From contig CAWGED010000019.1 in the NCBI GenBank assembly GCA_963821525.1, positions 288,001 through 352,000 on the forward strand: a DNA stretch of 64,000 nt. The letters are read 5' to 3'. This stretch comes from an uncultured Gemmatimonadales bacterium (lineage in GTDB: Bacteria > Gemmatimonadota > Gemmatimonadetes > Gemmatimonadales > GWC2-71-9). The notes below the pieces were generated by a model, which did no database searches, had not been told where the DNA came from, and worked only from the letters and a program-made list of their open reading frames with translations. The position numbers were made by a program, and so were the translations under genes. Shown piece by piece: positions 44,985-55,869 of this stretch. Positions within the stretch are counted from its first letter, which is position 1, and each line of letters opens with the position of its first letter.

Positions 44985-47900
44985 ATGCGTTCCTTTACCG
45001 ACATCTTCATCAAGCATCCCGTCCTGGCGGTGGTGGTCAACCTGGTCATCCTGCTGGTGGGGTACCGGTCCATCACCTCACTGCCGGTACAGCAGTACCC
45101 GAAAATCGAAAGCTCCCAGGTACTGATCACCACGGTGTACTACGGTGCCAGCGCCGAGACTATTCGCGGCTTCCTGACTACCCCGATCGAGCGCGCCGTC
45201 TCGGCGATCAGCGGAGTCGACTACGTCGAATCCACCAGCCGGGCCGGAGTCAGCAGCATCACGATCCATTTGAAGCTGAACCACAACAGCACCGCGGCGC
45301 TGGCCGAGGTCACCGCCCGTCTGCAACAGGTTCGCTCGGAGCTTCCGGCTGAGGCTGAGCCGCCCGTGGTGGAAGTCCAGCGGGCTGATCGACCCTACGC
45401 CTCGTTCTACCTCAGCTTTACCTCGAGCGAGCGGGACATCCCCGCCCTCACCGATTGGCTGACCCGCAACATGCAACCCCAGCTCTCGACGCTGTCGGGT
45501 GTGCAGCGGATTGATGTGGTGGGTGGACGTCCGATTGCCATGCGGATCTGGATCGATCCGGACCGCCTGGCCGCACTCAATCTCGCTCCCGGCGACGTGC
45601 AGGCGGCGTTGCAGCGCAACAATTTCCTCGCGGCGGTAGGCCAGACCAAGAACGATCTGGTTCAGGTCAACCTGCTCGCGAACACCGACCTGCGCTCTCC
45701 TGAAGAGTTCAAGAACCTGATCGTCGCCGACCGGAACGGCGCCGTGGTGCGGCTCTCGGACGTGGCCAAGGTCGAGCTGGGCGCGGAGGAAGCCGACTTC
45801 ATCACCAAGTTCAACGAAAAGGAGGCGGTGTACCTGGGGGTGTGGCCGGTCATCGGGGTGAACGAGATCGAGGTCGCCCATCGGCTGCACTCCGAAATGG
45901 AAAAGATCCGGCCGACGCTGCCCAAGGACATCGACATGCAGCTGGCGTACGACGCCACGGTGTTCATGGAGGATGCGCTCCAGGAGATCACCAAGACCCT
46001 GATGGAGACCATCCTCATCGTCGCCGTCGTGGTGTTCCTCTTCATGGGCTCGATACGCACTGCGATTGTGCCGCTGGTGGCCATCCCGATTTCGCTGGTC
46101 GGTGCGGCGATAGTGATGTACGCCGCCGGGTTCAGCCTGAATCTCCTCACCATACTGGCGATCGTGCTGTCGGTGGGTCTCGTGGTAGACGATGCGATTG
46201 TCGTGGTCGAAAACGTCGAACGCCACGTCCGAGAGGGAAGAACCCGGATCGACGCGGCCCTGATCGGCGCGCGGGAACTGGTCGGCCCGATCATCGCCAT
46301 GACCATCACCCTGGCCGCGGTGTATGCCCCGATCGGTTTCCAGGGCGGGCTGACCGGGTCACTGTTCCTGGAATTCGCCATCACGCTCGCCGCGGCGGTC
46401 GTGGTGTCGGGCATCGTCGCGGTTACCCTGTCGCCGATGATGAGCTCGCGCCTGGTGCACGAGCATGGCAAAGAGGGCCGGTTGACCAGGTTGGTGAACC
46501 GAGGCTTCGACGCGGTGCGCCGCCGCTATGAGAAACTGCTGGACGGTGCGCTGACCATGCGGGGGGCGATCGTCGTGGCGTCACTGCTCGTCACGATCGG
46601 CGCCTGGCCGCTCTACCAGTTCTCGCGGCGGGAATTGGCTCCGGTGGAAGACCAGAGTCATATCAGCCTGTTCATGCAGGCTTCGCCGGACGCTTCTCTT
46701 CAGGCGGCCAACAAGGCGTCGCTCCAGGTCGTCAAGGCGATCAACAGCTTCCCCGAGGCGAAGTTCATGTGGTCGCTGACCGCCAACTGGGGCGGATTCG
46801 GGGGAATGGTCGCGAAGAACTGGAAGCAGCGGAAGCAGACCACCGAGCAGCTGTACGGGCAGGTGTACGGTGCTGTGTCTCAGGTTCCGGGCCTGCAGGT
46901 GTTCCCCCGTCTCGATCCGCCGCTGCCCACGCCCGGGCAATACGACGTCGAGATGATCCTGGCGAGCGACGCTCCGCCCGAGCAAATGCTGCAGACCGTC
47001 GGTCAGGTTCTCGGAGCCGGGTGGCAAAGCGGAAAATTCCTCTATGTCGATACCGACTTGAAGATCGATCTTCCGGAAGCGCGGGTCGTGATTGATCGCG
47101 ACCAGGTGGCCGACCTGGGCTTGGACCTGGCCAGTGTGGGACGAGAGCTGGGCACCCTGCTGGGTGGCGGCTACGTCAACCGCTTCAACTATTTCGATCG
47201 CAGTTACAAGGTGATTCCCCAGATCGGTGAGGAAGGGCGGACCACGGTAGGACCGCTGCTGGATCTCAAGATCAAGACACCGAGCGGCCAGCTGGTCCCG
47301 GTCTCGACCTTCACCCACATTGAATCGAGTATCGCGCCACGGACCCTGAACCGGTTCCAGCAACGCAACTCGGTGCGGATTTTCGGAGGGGTAAAGCCGG
47401 GGATCACCAAGGAAGAGGGACTCCGGGTGCTGGAAAATGCCGCAAGGGCCGCGGCCGGGCCGGGCGTGGGGCTGGACTATGCCGGTGAGTCGCGGCAGAT
47501 CCGGCTCGAGGGATCGTCGCTCACCGTGACGCTCGGGTTCGCGGTGATCCTGATCTACCTGGTGCTCGCTGCCCAGTTCCTGAGCTTCCGCGATCCCCTG
47601 ATCGTACTGGTGGGATCGGTGCCGCTCGCTATCTCGGGCGCGCTGATCTTCAGTTTCCTCGATCTCACGACGATCAACATCTATTCCCAGGTCGGGCTGA
47701 TCACGCTGGTGGGCCTGATCGCAAAGAACGGAATTCTGATCGTGCAGTTCGCGAATAGACTCCAGACTCACGGCGTGCCCAAGATGGAAGCGATTCGTGA
47801 GGCTTCACTGACGCGGCTCCGCCCGGTGTTGATGACATCGGCGGCGACCGTCTTCGGGCATTTCCCGCTGGTCCTGGCGACGGGCCCAGGCTCGGCGGCC

Positions 47901-48077
47901 CGGAATAGCATCGGTATCGTCCTGGTTACCGGCATGACCCTGGGCACGATCTTCACCCTGTTCGTGGTCCCGGTGTTCTACGCGCTCATCGCGGAGCAGC
48001 ATCAGCCCAGTGAAATCGACGAGAGCGAAGCCCTGTCCTTCGGGCCGCCGGCGGTGGAGGAAGTGGCTCATGCGTAA
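44985..48077 (+). CDS. RND efflux permease (AcrB family)
   Basis: 1030 aa; LPVQQYP, GLVVDDAIVVVEN, KNGILIV, RLRPVLMT. Confidence 0.95.
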   Translation: MRSFTDIFIKHPVLAVVVNLVILLVGYRSITSLPVQQYPKIESSQVLITTVYYGASAETIRGFLTTPIERAVSAISGVDYVESTSRAGVSSITIHLKLNHNSTAALAEVTARLQQVRSELPAEAEPPVVEVQRADRPYASFYLSFTSSERDIPALTDWLTRNMQPQLSTLSGVQRIDVVGGRPIAMRIWIDPDRLAALNLAPGDVQAALQRNNFLAAVGQTKNDLVQVNLLANTDLRSPEEFKNLIVADRNGAVVRLSDVAKVELGAEEADFITKFNEKEAVYLGVWPVIGVNEIEVAHRLHSEMEKIRPTLPKDIDMQLAYDATVFMEDALQEITKTLMETILIVAVVVFLFMGSIRTAIVPLVAIPISLVGAAIVMYAAGFSLNLLTILAIVLSVGLVVDDAIVVVENVERHVREGRTRIDAALIGARELVGPIIAMTITLAAVYAPIGFQGGLTGSLFLEFAITLAAAVVVSGIVAVTLSPMMSSRLVHEHGKEGRLTRLVNRGFDAVRRRYEKLLDGALTMRGAIVVASLLVTIGAWPLYQFSRRELAPVEDQSHISLFMQASPDASLQAANKASLQVVKAINSFPEAKFMWSLTANWGGFGGMVAKNWKQRKQTTEQLYGQVYGAVSQVPGLQVFPRLDPPLPTPGQYDVEMILASDAPPEQMLQTVGQVLGAGWQSGKFLYVDTDLKIDLPEARVVIDRDQVADLGLDLASVGRELGTLLGGGYVNRFNYFDRSYKVIPQIGEEGRTTVGPLLDLKIKTPSGQLVPVSTFTHIESSIAPRTLNRFQQRNSVRIFGGVKPGITKEEGLRVLENAARAAAGPGVGLDYAGESRQIRLEGSSLTVTLGFAVILIYLVLAAQFLSFRDPLIVLVGSVPLAISGALIFSFLDLTTINIYSQVGLITLVGLIAKNGILIVQFANRLQTHGVPKMEAIREASLTRLRPVLMTSAATVFGHFPLVLATGPGSAARNSIGIVLVTGMTLGTIFTLFVVPVFYALIAEQHQPSEIDESEALSFGPPAVEEVAHA

Positions 48078-49515
48078 CTCAGTGCTGCTGGGGATCATCG
48101 CGCTCACCGCGTGCGCCTCGAGCCCAGCTTACCAGGCGCCGTCGGTTCAGGTTCCGTCGACGTACCGGGAGACGACGGTCCATCAGGATAGTTCTGTCGC
48201 GATGGTCCCCTCGGTCAGCGACAGTGCGGGGGCGCAGGATGCCGCGGATTGGCATGAGCTGGGCGACACCACACTGACCCGGCTCGTGCACGAAGTGCTG
48301 AACGCGAATCTCGACATTCGTACCGCCGAGGCGCGCGTGAGGGGCGCTCGGGCTGTTCGGACGAGCGCACTGCTCGAACTCACTCCCAGCGTAAATCTCG
48401 GCGGGGGCTACACGCGGCAGCGCCTGTCGAGCGCGAGCTTCCCGGGTACCTCGGGACCCTTCCCCGATCAGGACGTCTGGGATGCCGGGTTCGACGCTTC
48501 GTGGGAGTTCGACCTGTTCGGACGGCTGCGCCGCAATATCTCGGCGCAGGGCGCGTTCGCCGAGGCTTCGAGTGAAGATCTGCGGAATGTCCGGGTCTTT
48601 CTTACGGCAGAGCTCGCTCGTTCCTACTTCGAGCTACGCGGCGCGCAGGAGCGGTTGGCGGTCGCGCGCAGCAACGCGGAAAACCAGAAACGCACTCTTG
48701 AGGTCACTCAAGAGCGGCTCGATAATGGCCGGGGTACCGGGTTCGATACCGAACGAGCCAAGGCTCAGTTGGGGTCCACGCTGGCCTCGATCCCGACTTT
48801 CGAAGCACAAGTCGCCGCGGCCCAGTACCGGATCGGCGTCCTGGTTGGCCGTCCGCCCGCAGTCGTGGCAGCAGAGCTGGATGTGATAGTGGATCTTCCC
48901 GAGCTGCCGGACACCGTGCCGCTCGCGGCGCCCGACTCACTGATTCGGCGGCGGCCCGATGTTGGCGCGGCAGAACGGCAGTTGGCCGGTCAGCAGGCGC
49001 TGGTTGGAGCGGCCAAGGCGGAGTATTTCCCGCGCATCGTCGTCGGGGGCGGCGCCGGCTATACCTCATCCACCTTCGAAGATTTGACCGGATCGAACAC
49101 GTTCCGCTACGCGGTCGGTCCCGTCATTTCGCTGCCGCTCAATTGGGGCCGGATCAAAGCCAACGTGGACGTGACGAAGGCCCAGGCGGACGAGGCCAAG
49201 GCGCAGTACGCCCAGACGGTGCTTCTGGCCCAGCAGGATGTCGAAACCGCCCTGTCCCGCTACCGCACCTCGCGGAGCAGGGTTGAACGGCTGCGGGAAG
49301 CCGCTGTTGCGAGTGCCGCGGCAGCGGAGCTGGCACGGCTCCGATTCTCCGAGGGAGTCACCGACTTTCTCCAGGTGCTCGATGCCGAGCGCACGCAGCT
49401 GGGAGCAGAGGATGACCTGGCTCAGGGGCGGACCGATGCCGCAACGTCGTACGCGGCGCTATACAAGGCGCTGGGTGGAAGCTGGCCCTTCGCCGAGGAG
49501 ACAACCAACCAGTAG
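48070..49515 (+). CDS. Outer-membrane efflux lipoprotein (NodT/OprM family)
   Basis: Lipobox LTAC; WEFDLFGR, RRPDVGAAE, LYKALGG. Confidence 0.92.
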   Translation: MRNSVLLGIIALTACASSPAYQAPSVQVPSTYRETTVHQDSSVAMVPSVSDSAGAQDAADWHELGDTTLTRLVHEVLNANLDIRTAEARVRGARAVRTSALLELTPSVNLGGGYTRQRLSSASFPGTSGPFPDQDVWDAGFDASWEFDLFGRLRRNISAQGAFAEASSEDLRNVRVFLTAELARSYFELRGAQERLAVARSNAENQKRTLEVTQERLDNGRGTGFDTERAKAQLGSTLASIPTFEAQVAAAQYRIGVLVGRPPAVVAAELDVIVDLPELPDTVPLAAPDSLIRRRPDVGAAERQLAGQQALVGAAKAEYFPRIVVGGGAGYTSSTFEDLTGSNTFRYAVGPVISLPLNWGRIKANVDVTKAQADEAKAQYAQTVLLAQQDVETALSRYRTSRSRVERLREAAVASAAAAELARLRFSEGVTDFLQVLDAERTQLGAEDDLAQGRTDAATSYAALYKALGGSWPFAEETTNQ

Positions 49516-50283
49516 TTAGGATCCTGATTTCCCCGGCATGGTCCCCGGCGGCGGGGCGAGCGGAGCGTAGCGGCTCCGAACGTAGTGTGCGGCGCGGTCA
49601 CTCAGATAGGCACACACCGCCGCCGAGAGGATCGGCAGCCCCAGGACCAGAAGTCGGTATATCTCACCGCTAACCACGTGGGTTCCTCCCCCTCCGATCC
49701 CCACGGAGCGCAGCGTCGATTTCCATTGCGAATCGGTATAAGTGTTGGCAACCCACCACCCCGCAGCGAGGCCCGCGAGGGCCGGCAGACGGGGGAAGAG
49801 CCGATCGTGCAATTGTCGCTTCAGTGCCCGGCCTAACAACTTCCCCTCATCAACAAGTCGGCCTTTCCAGGCAACGGGTACTGCCTCGGGCTCTACCGCC
49901 GAGGTCCGAGGCTCGGCTGCCACCACCTTCTCCGATCGTTTGCCGGCCGCTGCTCCCAGCTCCTCGTAGAACGGACGCAAGTCCGAGTTACAACGATGGC
50001 GCTGGTTTCGGAGAATCGCTCGGCTGCACATCCCGCGTAGGATGACGAGCGGACGCATACTGCGTGAGACAGTGGCGTAGTCCGCTCGGTCGGTCTCGAG
50101 CGAGTGCGCGATCGCCTCGTCCAACGCATCTATGCTTCCGCGAAGCCGCCGAACGGTCTCCGGCAGCTGCCCGACCCCAGGCCGAGCATCTCGTTCGAGG
50201 AATGCGGCGAGCGCCTCGCCCGCGCGGGCCCGCTCGTCCCGTTCTCGTCGCTCAGCGGCGCGGAGGCGGATGCCATGAAGCAT
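49516..50283 (-). CDS. Hypothetical membrane protein
   Basis: Open frame with two C-terminal hydrophobic segments. Start uncertain. Confidence 0.5.
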   Translation of the reverse strand: MLHGIRLRAAERRERDERARAGEALAAFLERDARPGVGQLPETVRRLRGSIDALDEAIAHSLETDRADYATVSRSMRPLVILRGMCSRAILRNQRHRCNSDLRPFYEELGAAAGKRSEKVVAAEPRTSAVEPEAVPVAWKGRLVDEGKLLGRALKRQLHDRLFPRLPALAGLAAGWWVANTYTDSQWKSTLRSVGIGGGGTHVVSGEIYRLLVLGLPILSAAVCAYLSDRAAHYVRSRYAPLAPPPGTMPGKSGS

Positions 50284-50441
50284 GTCGTCGAGGCGGGCGA
50301 GGATCACAACCGAGGTCTCCGAAGCGAGTGTCCCCCTAAGATTTGCAAGAGGCGTGCACGAGCGGGACGGCGGCCTCTCGGAGGTGGCCGGGGAGGAAGT
50401 CGCGAGGCGATCTTGCAAACTCAGCCAAACCACTGCACTGT

Positions 50442-50600
50442 GAAGGTGGGCGGAGATCCACGCCCAACCTCTTCGACCCTCCCCCAGCGAGGGTCTTCGT
50501 GAGGCAAAGGGGGGCACACTCCCGGATCGCATCGCCAGACCTTTGCGTCGCCTCGGGGCGCCGCTGCTGGGGGGCATGCGTCTCAGGCCTGACCAAAGGA
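50442..50600 (+). ncRNA. Candidate structured RNA leader with pseudoknot
   Basis: Four stems plus 7-nt loop-to-downstream complementarity found by eye; see findings. Confidence 0.4.
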
Positions 50601-50608
50601 CTGTTCCG

Positions 50609-51319
50609 ATGACGACCAACAAGGATTTCAAACGCCTGGTTCGCGGGCGGATGCAGAAGACGGGCGAGTCCTACACCGCCGCCCGGGCCAACCTCCTGAA
50701 GCACTCACCCACTCCTACTCCCAAGCAGGCTCCCGCGGCGATCGACTACGCCGGTCTTGCCGGTATGAGCGACGCCACGATCAAGGCCAGGACCGGGTGT
50801 ACCTGGGAGCGCTGGGTCTGGGCCCTCGACCGCGTGGATGCTCACCTCTGGCCCCACCGGGAGATCGTCGGGTACGTGCAGGAGAAGTACAAGGTCCCCG
50901 ACTGGTGGACTCAGGCGGTCACGGTGGGTTACGAGCGGATCAAGGGTCTTCGAGTGAAAGGCCAGCGGCGGGACGGCCATTTCGAGGCTAGCAAGAGCAA
51001 GGTATTCGGAGTCTCAAGGTCCTCGCTCTACCGGGCATTCCATGACGGGCGCACCCGCGCCCGGTGGCTACCCGACGTTGACCTCAAGATCCGGACGGCC
51101 ACCCGCGAGAAATCCATGCGAATCACCTGGCCGGACCAGACGCTTGTGGAGCTCAACTTCATGTCCAAGGGCGCTCGGAAGAGCCAGGTGGCGATCCAGC
51201 ACTCGAGATTGCCGGACAAGGCCGCGGCATCGAATATGAAGGAGTTCTGGGCCGCGAAGCTCGCCGCTCTACAGGACGTGCTGGGCGCGGCGCCACTGAC
51301 TCGATCAAGGCCGGCCTGA
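50609..51319 (+). CDS. Conserved hypothetical protein (basic N-terminal helix, DUF4287-like middle, SRPBCC-like C-terminus)
   Basis: MTTNKDFKRLVRGRMQKTGESYTAAR; SDATIKARTGCTWERW; WWTQAVTVGYER; AAAGGA Shine-Dalgarno. Confidence 0.7.
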   Translation: MTTNKDFKRLVRGRMQKTGESYTAARANLLKHSPTPTPKQAPAAIDYAGLAGMSDATIKARTGCTWERWVWALDRVDAHLWPHREIVGYVQEKYKVPDWWTQAVTVGYERIKGLRVKGQRRDGHFEASKSKVFGVSRSSLYRAFHDGRTRARWLPDVDLKIRTATREKSMRITWPDQTLVELNFMSKGARKSQVAIQHSRLPDKAAASNMKEFWAAKLAALQDVLGAAPLTRSRPA

Positions 51320-52430
51320 TGCATTTGCTCTGGTGGATTCTCGGTACCTTCGTCTTGCTCTATCTGGTGCAGAGCATCTACCTCGGCGTCGTATTGAAGT
51401 GGGAAGACGAACGGACGGCCGGCCTCGGGTACTATGGCCGGCCGCCCGCCGAGCGGGAGGGATTCAAGCGCCAGCTCCGGCTGCATGCCGTGCTGCTGGC
51501 GCCTATCCTCTGGCTCAACGGCCGTCTCGCCAAGATGGATTTCCGACGGGCCAGCATGAGCTACAAGGGTGTGGCGGGTCCGGCGGGAAGTTGTACGCCG
51601 GAGACCTTCGCGCGGGCCGAGCAGTATCAGCCTTGCCCCGAAGACATCTTCGTCGTCACCCAGATGAAGTGCGGGACTACGTGGATGCAACACGTGGTCT
51701 ATGAAGTGTTGAACCGCGGCAATGGAAACCTGGTCGCCAGCGGCACCGAGATCTACGCGGTTTCTCCCTGGATCGAGGGCCGCCGCAGCGTTCCATCGAC
51801 CAGGCACCGCTCATCGGCGCCGAGCGGCCTTCCCGAATCATCAAGACCCATCTCCCCGGTCAACTCTGTCCCGCGTCGGCCCAGGCCCGCTACATCTACG
51901 TCGCGCGGCATCCAGTCTCCTGCTTCGCGAGTTGCGTGGACTTCGTCGCGACCAATGTGGGCAGGATGGCGCCGCCCCCGGCGGCTTTCGAGGAGTGGTA
52001 TTGCTCCCCGGAGCTCATGTGGTGGGGCACCTGGACCGACCATGTTCGGGGCTGGTGGGACCGGAGCCAGAAAGACGGCAATGTGTTGTTCTTATACTTC
52101 GAGGACCTGAAGCGTGACCTGCCTGGCATCGTGCGACAGGTAGCCGGGTTCCTCGGTGTGAAGCCGCTCACCGATCAGGAGCTTCAGCAGGTGGTAGAGA
52201 AGTGCGGCTTCGCGTACATGCAGGAGCACAAGAACAATTTCGAGATGCAGCCGCCTCACGTGATGCAGACCAATGCCGACCTGTTCGTGCGCGGCACGGC
52301 CGACCGGCACAAGGACGTCGCCCCCGAAGTACGAAAGCGGCTCGGTGCCTGGGCGGCCCAGCAGCTCGACGGGAGCGCCTTTCCGCTCCGTAAGGCTTAT
52401 CCCGACGTGATCGGAGAGGCTGGCAGGTAG
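51319..52430 (+). CDS. Membrane-anchored PAPS-dependent sulfotransferase; frameshift near 51795
   Basis: DIFVVTQMKCGTTW (5'-PSB), IIKTHLP, YVARHPVSCFAS, FEDLKRD. Confidence 0.8.
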
Positions 52431-52503
52431 GGACAAGCGGCATCAGCCCCATCGCCCAAGGAGGGGACAATGGTGCGGGGCAGAACTCATTCTCTGGAAT
52501 CCA

Positions 52504-53010
52504 ATGCTGGAAGATCAGGGCAAGCTTGCCGGCGAGTTGCGACAGATCCTGCTCCGGAATCCGTCGCTCTGGCCCCCAACTGACCTCATCGCGGCGACCA
52601 GGGGAGTCGCGGCAGCAGTCCAGGTAGATGGCGGCCTCGGACTGTGGGCTTCCGATCCGGCGACGGCGACCAACAAGCCCTATCGCACCCTCCGCGCCGA
52701 CAGCAAGCCGGTGTATGAGAGTCCCGACCCGGCCCAGGCGGCAGCCGTCGCGGCCGCCCTCAACGAAGTCACCTGGAATCAGGTGAAGAAGGCCACCAAA
52801 TTCGACATCGACCACCTGGCGTTCCTGGCCGACCTCACCGATTCACGTTCTCTCGGCTGGCTGCCATCAGGAGCCGCGGCCGACATCCGCCGAATCGCCG
52901 ACGACGTCGCCCCTCAAATCGACAAGATTCTCGAAGGGCAGGCCAGCCTTCGCCAGCGGGCGCTGCCCGCTAACCTGCGGCGGGCAGCAGACCGAATCGA
53001 AGCGCGCTAG
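52504..53010 (+). CDS. Hypothetical protein
   Basis: 168-aa ORF filling the gap; no recognised motif. Confidence 0.5.
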   Translation: MLEDQGKLAGELRQILLRNPSLWPPTDLIAATRGVAAAVQVDGGLGLWASDPATATNKPYRTLRADSKPVYESPDPAQAAAVAAALNEVTWNQVKKATKFDIDHLAFLADLTDSRSLGWLPSGAAADIRRIADDVAPQIDKILEGQASLRQRALPANLRRAADRIEAR

Positions 53011-53076
53011 CGCATCCAAACGGCAATCCAGACCGGATCCTGATGGATCCGGCCAGGACGCCTCGATTAAAGCTGA

Positions 53077-53611
53077 TCAGGTGGTGTAACCCAACTTCTT
53101 CTGCAGGTTCTGCGCGGCGACCAGGTGACCCTGGAACGCCGGTGCTGCCTTTTCAATGAAGGCCTTCAAGCTCCGGATTCTTGGTGGCCGGCAACAGGGT
53201 CTTGGTCACGTAATCGATGACTCCCTGGTGGTACTTGATCTCCTGCGCCAGCCAATCCCTGTCGAAATCAGCTCCGGACTTCGCCTTGAGGGCGCTGACC
53301 ACTTTGTCGTGCTCCTGATCGCCCTTGTTTTCAGCAGGAAGCACCGGATTCACCCCAATCTTCTTCGCCAGGTCTTCTGCCTGATCCTTCAGCCCCTTAT
53401 GGGCATCGGAGAACATCTTGCCCATCTCCTTCACTTCCTTGTTGCTGGATTTCTCAGCCGCCAGGTTGCCAGTGTCGACGTCCTTCTGGTTGGCCTTCAT
53501 GAAGATTGCGACCACGTTGGCATCATTGAGCTTGGCCTCTTCCTGAGCGGGGAGGCCTGGGGCTGCGAGAACCAGCGCGCCGAGACCGGCGGCGATTGCG
53601 AGCTTCAACAT
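53077..53611 (-). CDS. DUF4142-like secreted protein; frameshift near 53165
   Basis: Signal peptide; NKEVKEMG, KSGADFDRDW, YHQGVI; shifted frame KAAPAFQGHLVAAQNL. Confidence 0.8.
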
Positions 53612-53690
53612 GTTGACTCCGGGATGATGGTAGATGTTCTGGCCTTGGCAGGCCGTCAGCGAATACCAGCGAACCCTAAGGCTTTCGAAG

Positions 53691-53720
53691 CAATAAATCA
53701 AGTATTATATTGATTTATTG
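53691..53720. promoter_or_regulatory. AT-rich palindromic operator between divergent genes
   Basis: CAATAAATCAA-8nt-TTGATTTATTG (perfect 11-bp arms). Confidence 0.7.
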
Positions 53721-53757
53721 TAATATTCGTCACATAAGTGGGCCTGAGGAGGAGCCG

Positions 53758-54456
53758 ATGCCGACACGGCACTGGGACCGGAGCTTCCTGGAAAGCAGTC
53801 AGGGAAGGATCATCGCCCTGCTCCGGCAGGGCAGCCGCACCATCGAGGAACTCTCCACCGCCCTCGGCCTGACCGGAAACGCGGTGCGAAGCCACATCGC
53901 AGCGCTGGAGCGGAACGGCTTCGTAGTGCCGGCCGAGCAGCGACGGACCAGCCGCAAGCCGGCCCAGGTCTACGCTATCCGGCCCGAGGCAGAGCAGCGC
54001 CTCTCCAAGGCTTACGCGCCGGTACTGGCAGGGCTTCTGCAGATACTCGCTCGCAAGATGGACCCAGCCGATTTGCGAAGCCTGATGCGCGAGGTTGGAG
54101 AGCAGCTCGCCGACGGCCACCCCGCCTCGAAAGCCGACCGACTTGCAGGCGCTCGTGCGGCTGCCATGGTCCTGAATGACCTCGGTGGCGCGGTCGAGGT
54201 AGAACAGCACAACGGTGAGCTGCGGCTCAGAGGAGATGGCTGCCCACTCGCCGAGGCGGTCCGGGTCCATCCCGAGGCCTGTCGCGCGGTAGAGGCTCTG
54301 GTGAGCCGAGTGGTCGGGGCTTCGGTTACCGAGCAGTGTGACCATGGCGACCGGCCGCGGTGCAACTTCGCATTGAAGACCTCGCCAAGCGAGCGCCGTC
54401 ACCCAATCAGGATCAAACGCGAGCGATGGCGGCGAATGCAGGCCGATTGGCGCTGA
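53758..54456 (+). CDS. ArsR/SufR-like HTH regulator with C-terminal Cys ligands
   Basis: TIEELSTALGLTGNAVRSHIAALERNG; GCPL...EAC...RC. Confidence 0.8.
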   Translation: MPTRHWDRSFLESSQGRIIALLRQGSRTIEELSTALGLTGNAVRSHIAALERNGFVVPAEQRRTSRKPAQVYAIRPEAEQRLSKAYAPVLAGLLQILARKMDPADLRSLMREVGEQLADGHPASKADRLAGARAAAMVLNDLGGAVEVEQHNGELRLRGDGCPLAEAVRVHPEACRAVEALVSRVVGASVTEQCDHGDRPRCNFALKTSPSERRHPIRIKRERWRRMQADWR

Positions 54457-54925
54457 CTGCCATTGGGGATGACCCTCCCGCCCTGCCACGTCTGGGGTCG
54501 TTGGAACTCGACCGGACTCGTGCGCTCACCCGTGGACCCGCAGGATCACTCCTAGGACTGATGCATCGCCGAAGGGCTGGACCAACAGCTGGCGCTGGCA
54601 CCGGATGACACGCGACTACCGGGGCCCGGTTGAAGCGCTGCTCAAGGGGGACCGGCTCCCGGCTCCCTGGACGGCTCCAGGCAAGCCCATGGGTAGCGGG
54701 AATCGAGGCACAGTACGGCAGCGCAGGAGACGTGGCGGATTCGCCACGACAGCCCCCCTCCACCGGCCCATCTCCGATGCGGTGAGGTTCGGTTAACTCA
54801 GCCCCAAGGCCAAGCGGCGATTCGACTAAGCCGGATGCGCCAATCCGTCGGCCTTCGACTTGCGCCTGTCCCACAGCAATCGTCCGTCATATTTCAGCCG
54901 TCTCCCCAGTACCCCAAGAGTGAAC

Positions 54926-55773
54926 ATGATGCTCGTACCTCAGCTCTCCCGCGCTCCGCTGGCTTGCTCTTCGAGTCCGTCGGCCGGGCTCATGGCGGCC
55001 TGCAGCGAGGCGAACGGGCCGGGAAATGACCCGACTACTCCGGCAAACTCACAACCTCGTCGCGAGACCGATACCGGCCACGAGGCCGATGGACAGCGCA
55101 AAGCTCAAGGTCTGCAAGTTCGGAAGTGCGGGGACCTTTACCGTCACTATTGATGGAGTTGCTTCCCAGTGAGCCTGGCAGGATGGAGAGTGCGCAAGTG
55201 GCGGGCCAACATGTCCGCTCGGGCAGGCCGGAACCACTCAATTCACCGTTGCGGAGAACGCCGATCCCGCGACCGTGTTTCGATTCGCTGGAAGTGTTTT
55301 CCAGGACTGTTGCTAACAAGACCACGATTGTCTATCAGCTCAGCGCCTTTACCCCTTCGTTTTCGGACAATCTTCAATGGTGACGTGGGGAGACTGGTGG
55401 AGTTCTTCAACCACCCCGCTCCGCCGCCCCCGCCGCCGGGATGCACGTTCACCCTCGGGTTCTGGAAGAACCACACCAGCGCCTGGCCGTCCGGCTACGA
55501 TCCGAACGACTCATTCTTCCTGAGCGGGACGACCTGGCTCGGCGCTCTGTCACGCCGCCGAAGGGCAATGCGTACTACATCCTGTCGCAGCAGTACATCG
55601 CGGCGGTCCTCAATGGCGCCAGCGGCGCCAGCGTGCCGGCGAACGTCCAGACCGCCATCGACGGTGCGACGGCATACTTCGCAGCCAACGCTCCGACTCC
55701 GGCGCCGAGCGGCTCCGTCCGGACCCAGCTCATCGCCTGGGCAGACCCGCTGGACAGCTATAACAAGGCTTGA
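54926..55773 (+). CDS. Putative secreted lipoprotein; several frameshifts
   Basis: Lipobox-like LMAAC, poly-Pro linker, GCTFTLGFWKNH, GNAYYILSQQYIAAVLN across frames. Confidence 0.55.
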
Positions 55774-55838
55774 TCGGCCCCGGCCACTGCGGTACCACCG
55801 GGCCCATCTGATCGCGGGTCGTAGGCCTAGCAGTCAGG

Positions 55839-55869
55839 ACGGGGCCCAAACGGGCCCCGTTCGCTTTTT
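55839..55869 (+). terminator. Rho-independent terminator
   Basis: ACGGGGCCC-AAAC-GGGCCCCGT then TCGCTTTTT. Confidence 0.75.

Noticed and set aside
54457..54925. Long intergenic region as a riboswitch or tRNA
   Set aside because: Only short hairpins; no recognisable consensus by eye. An Rfam scan would decide.
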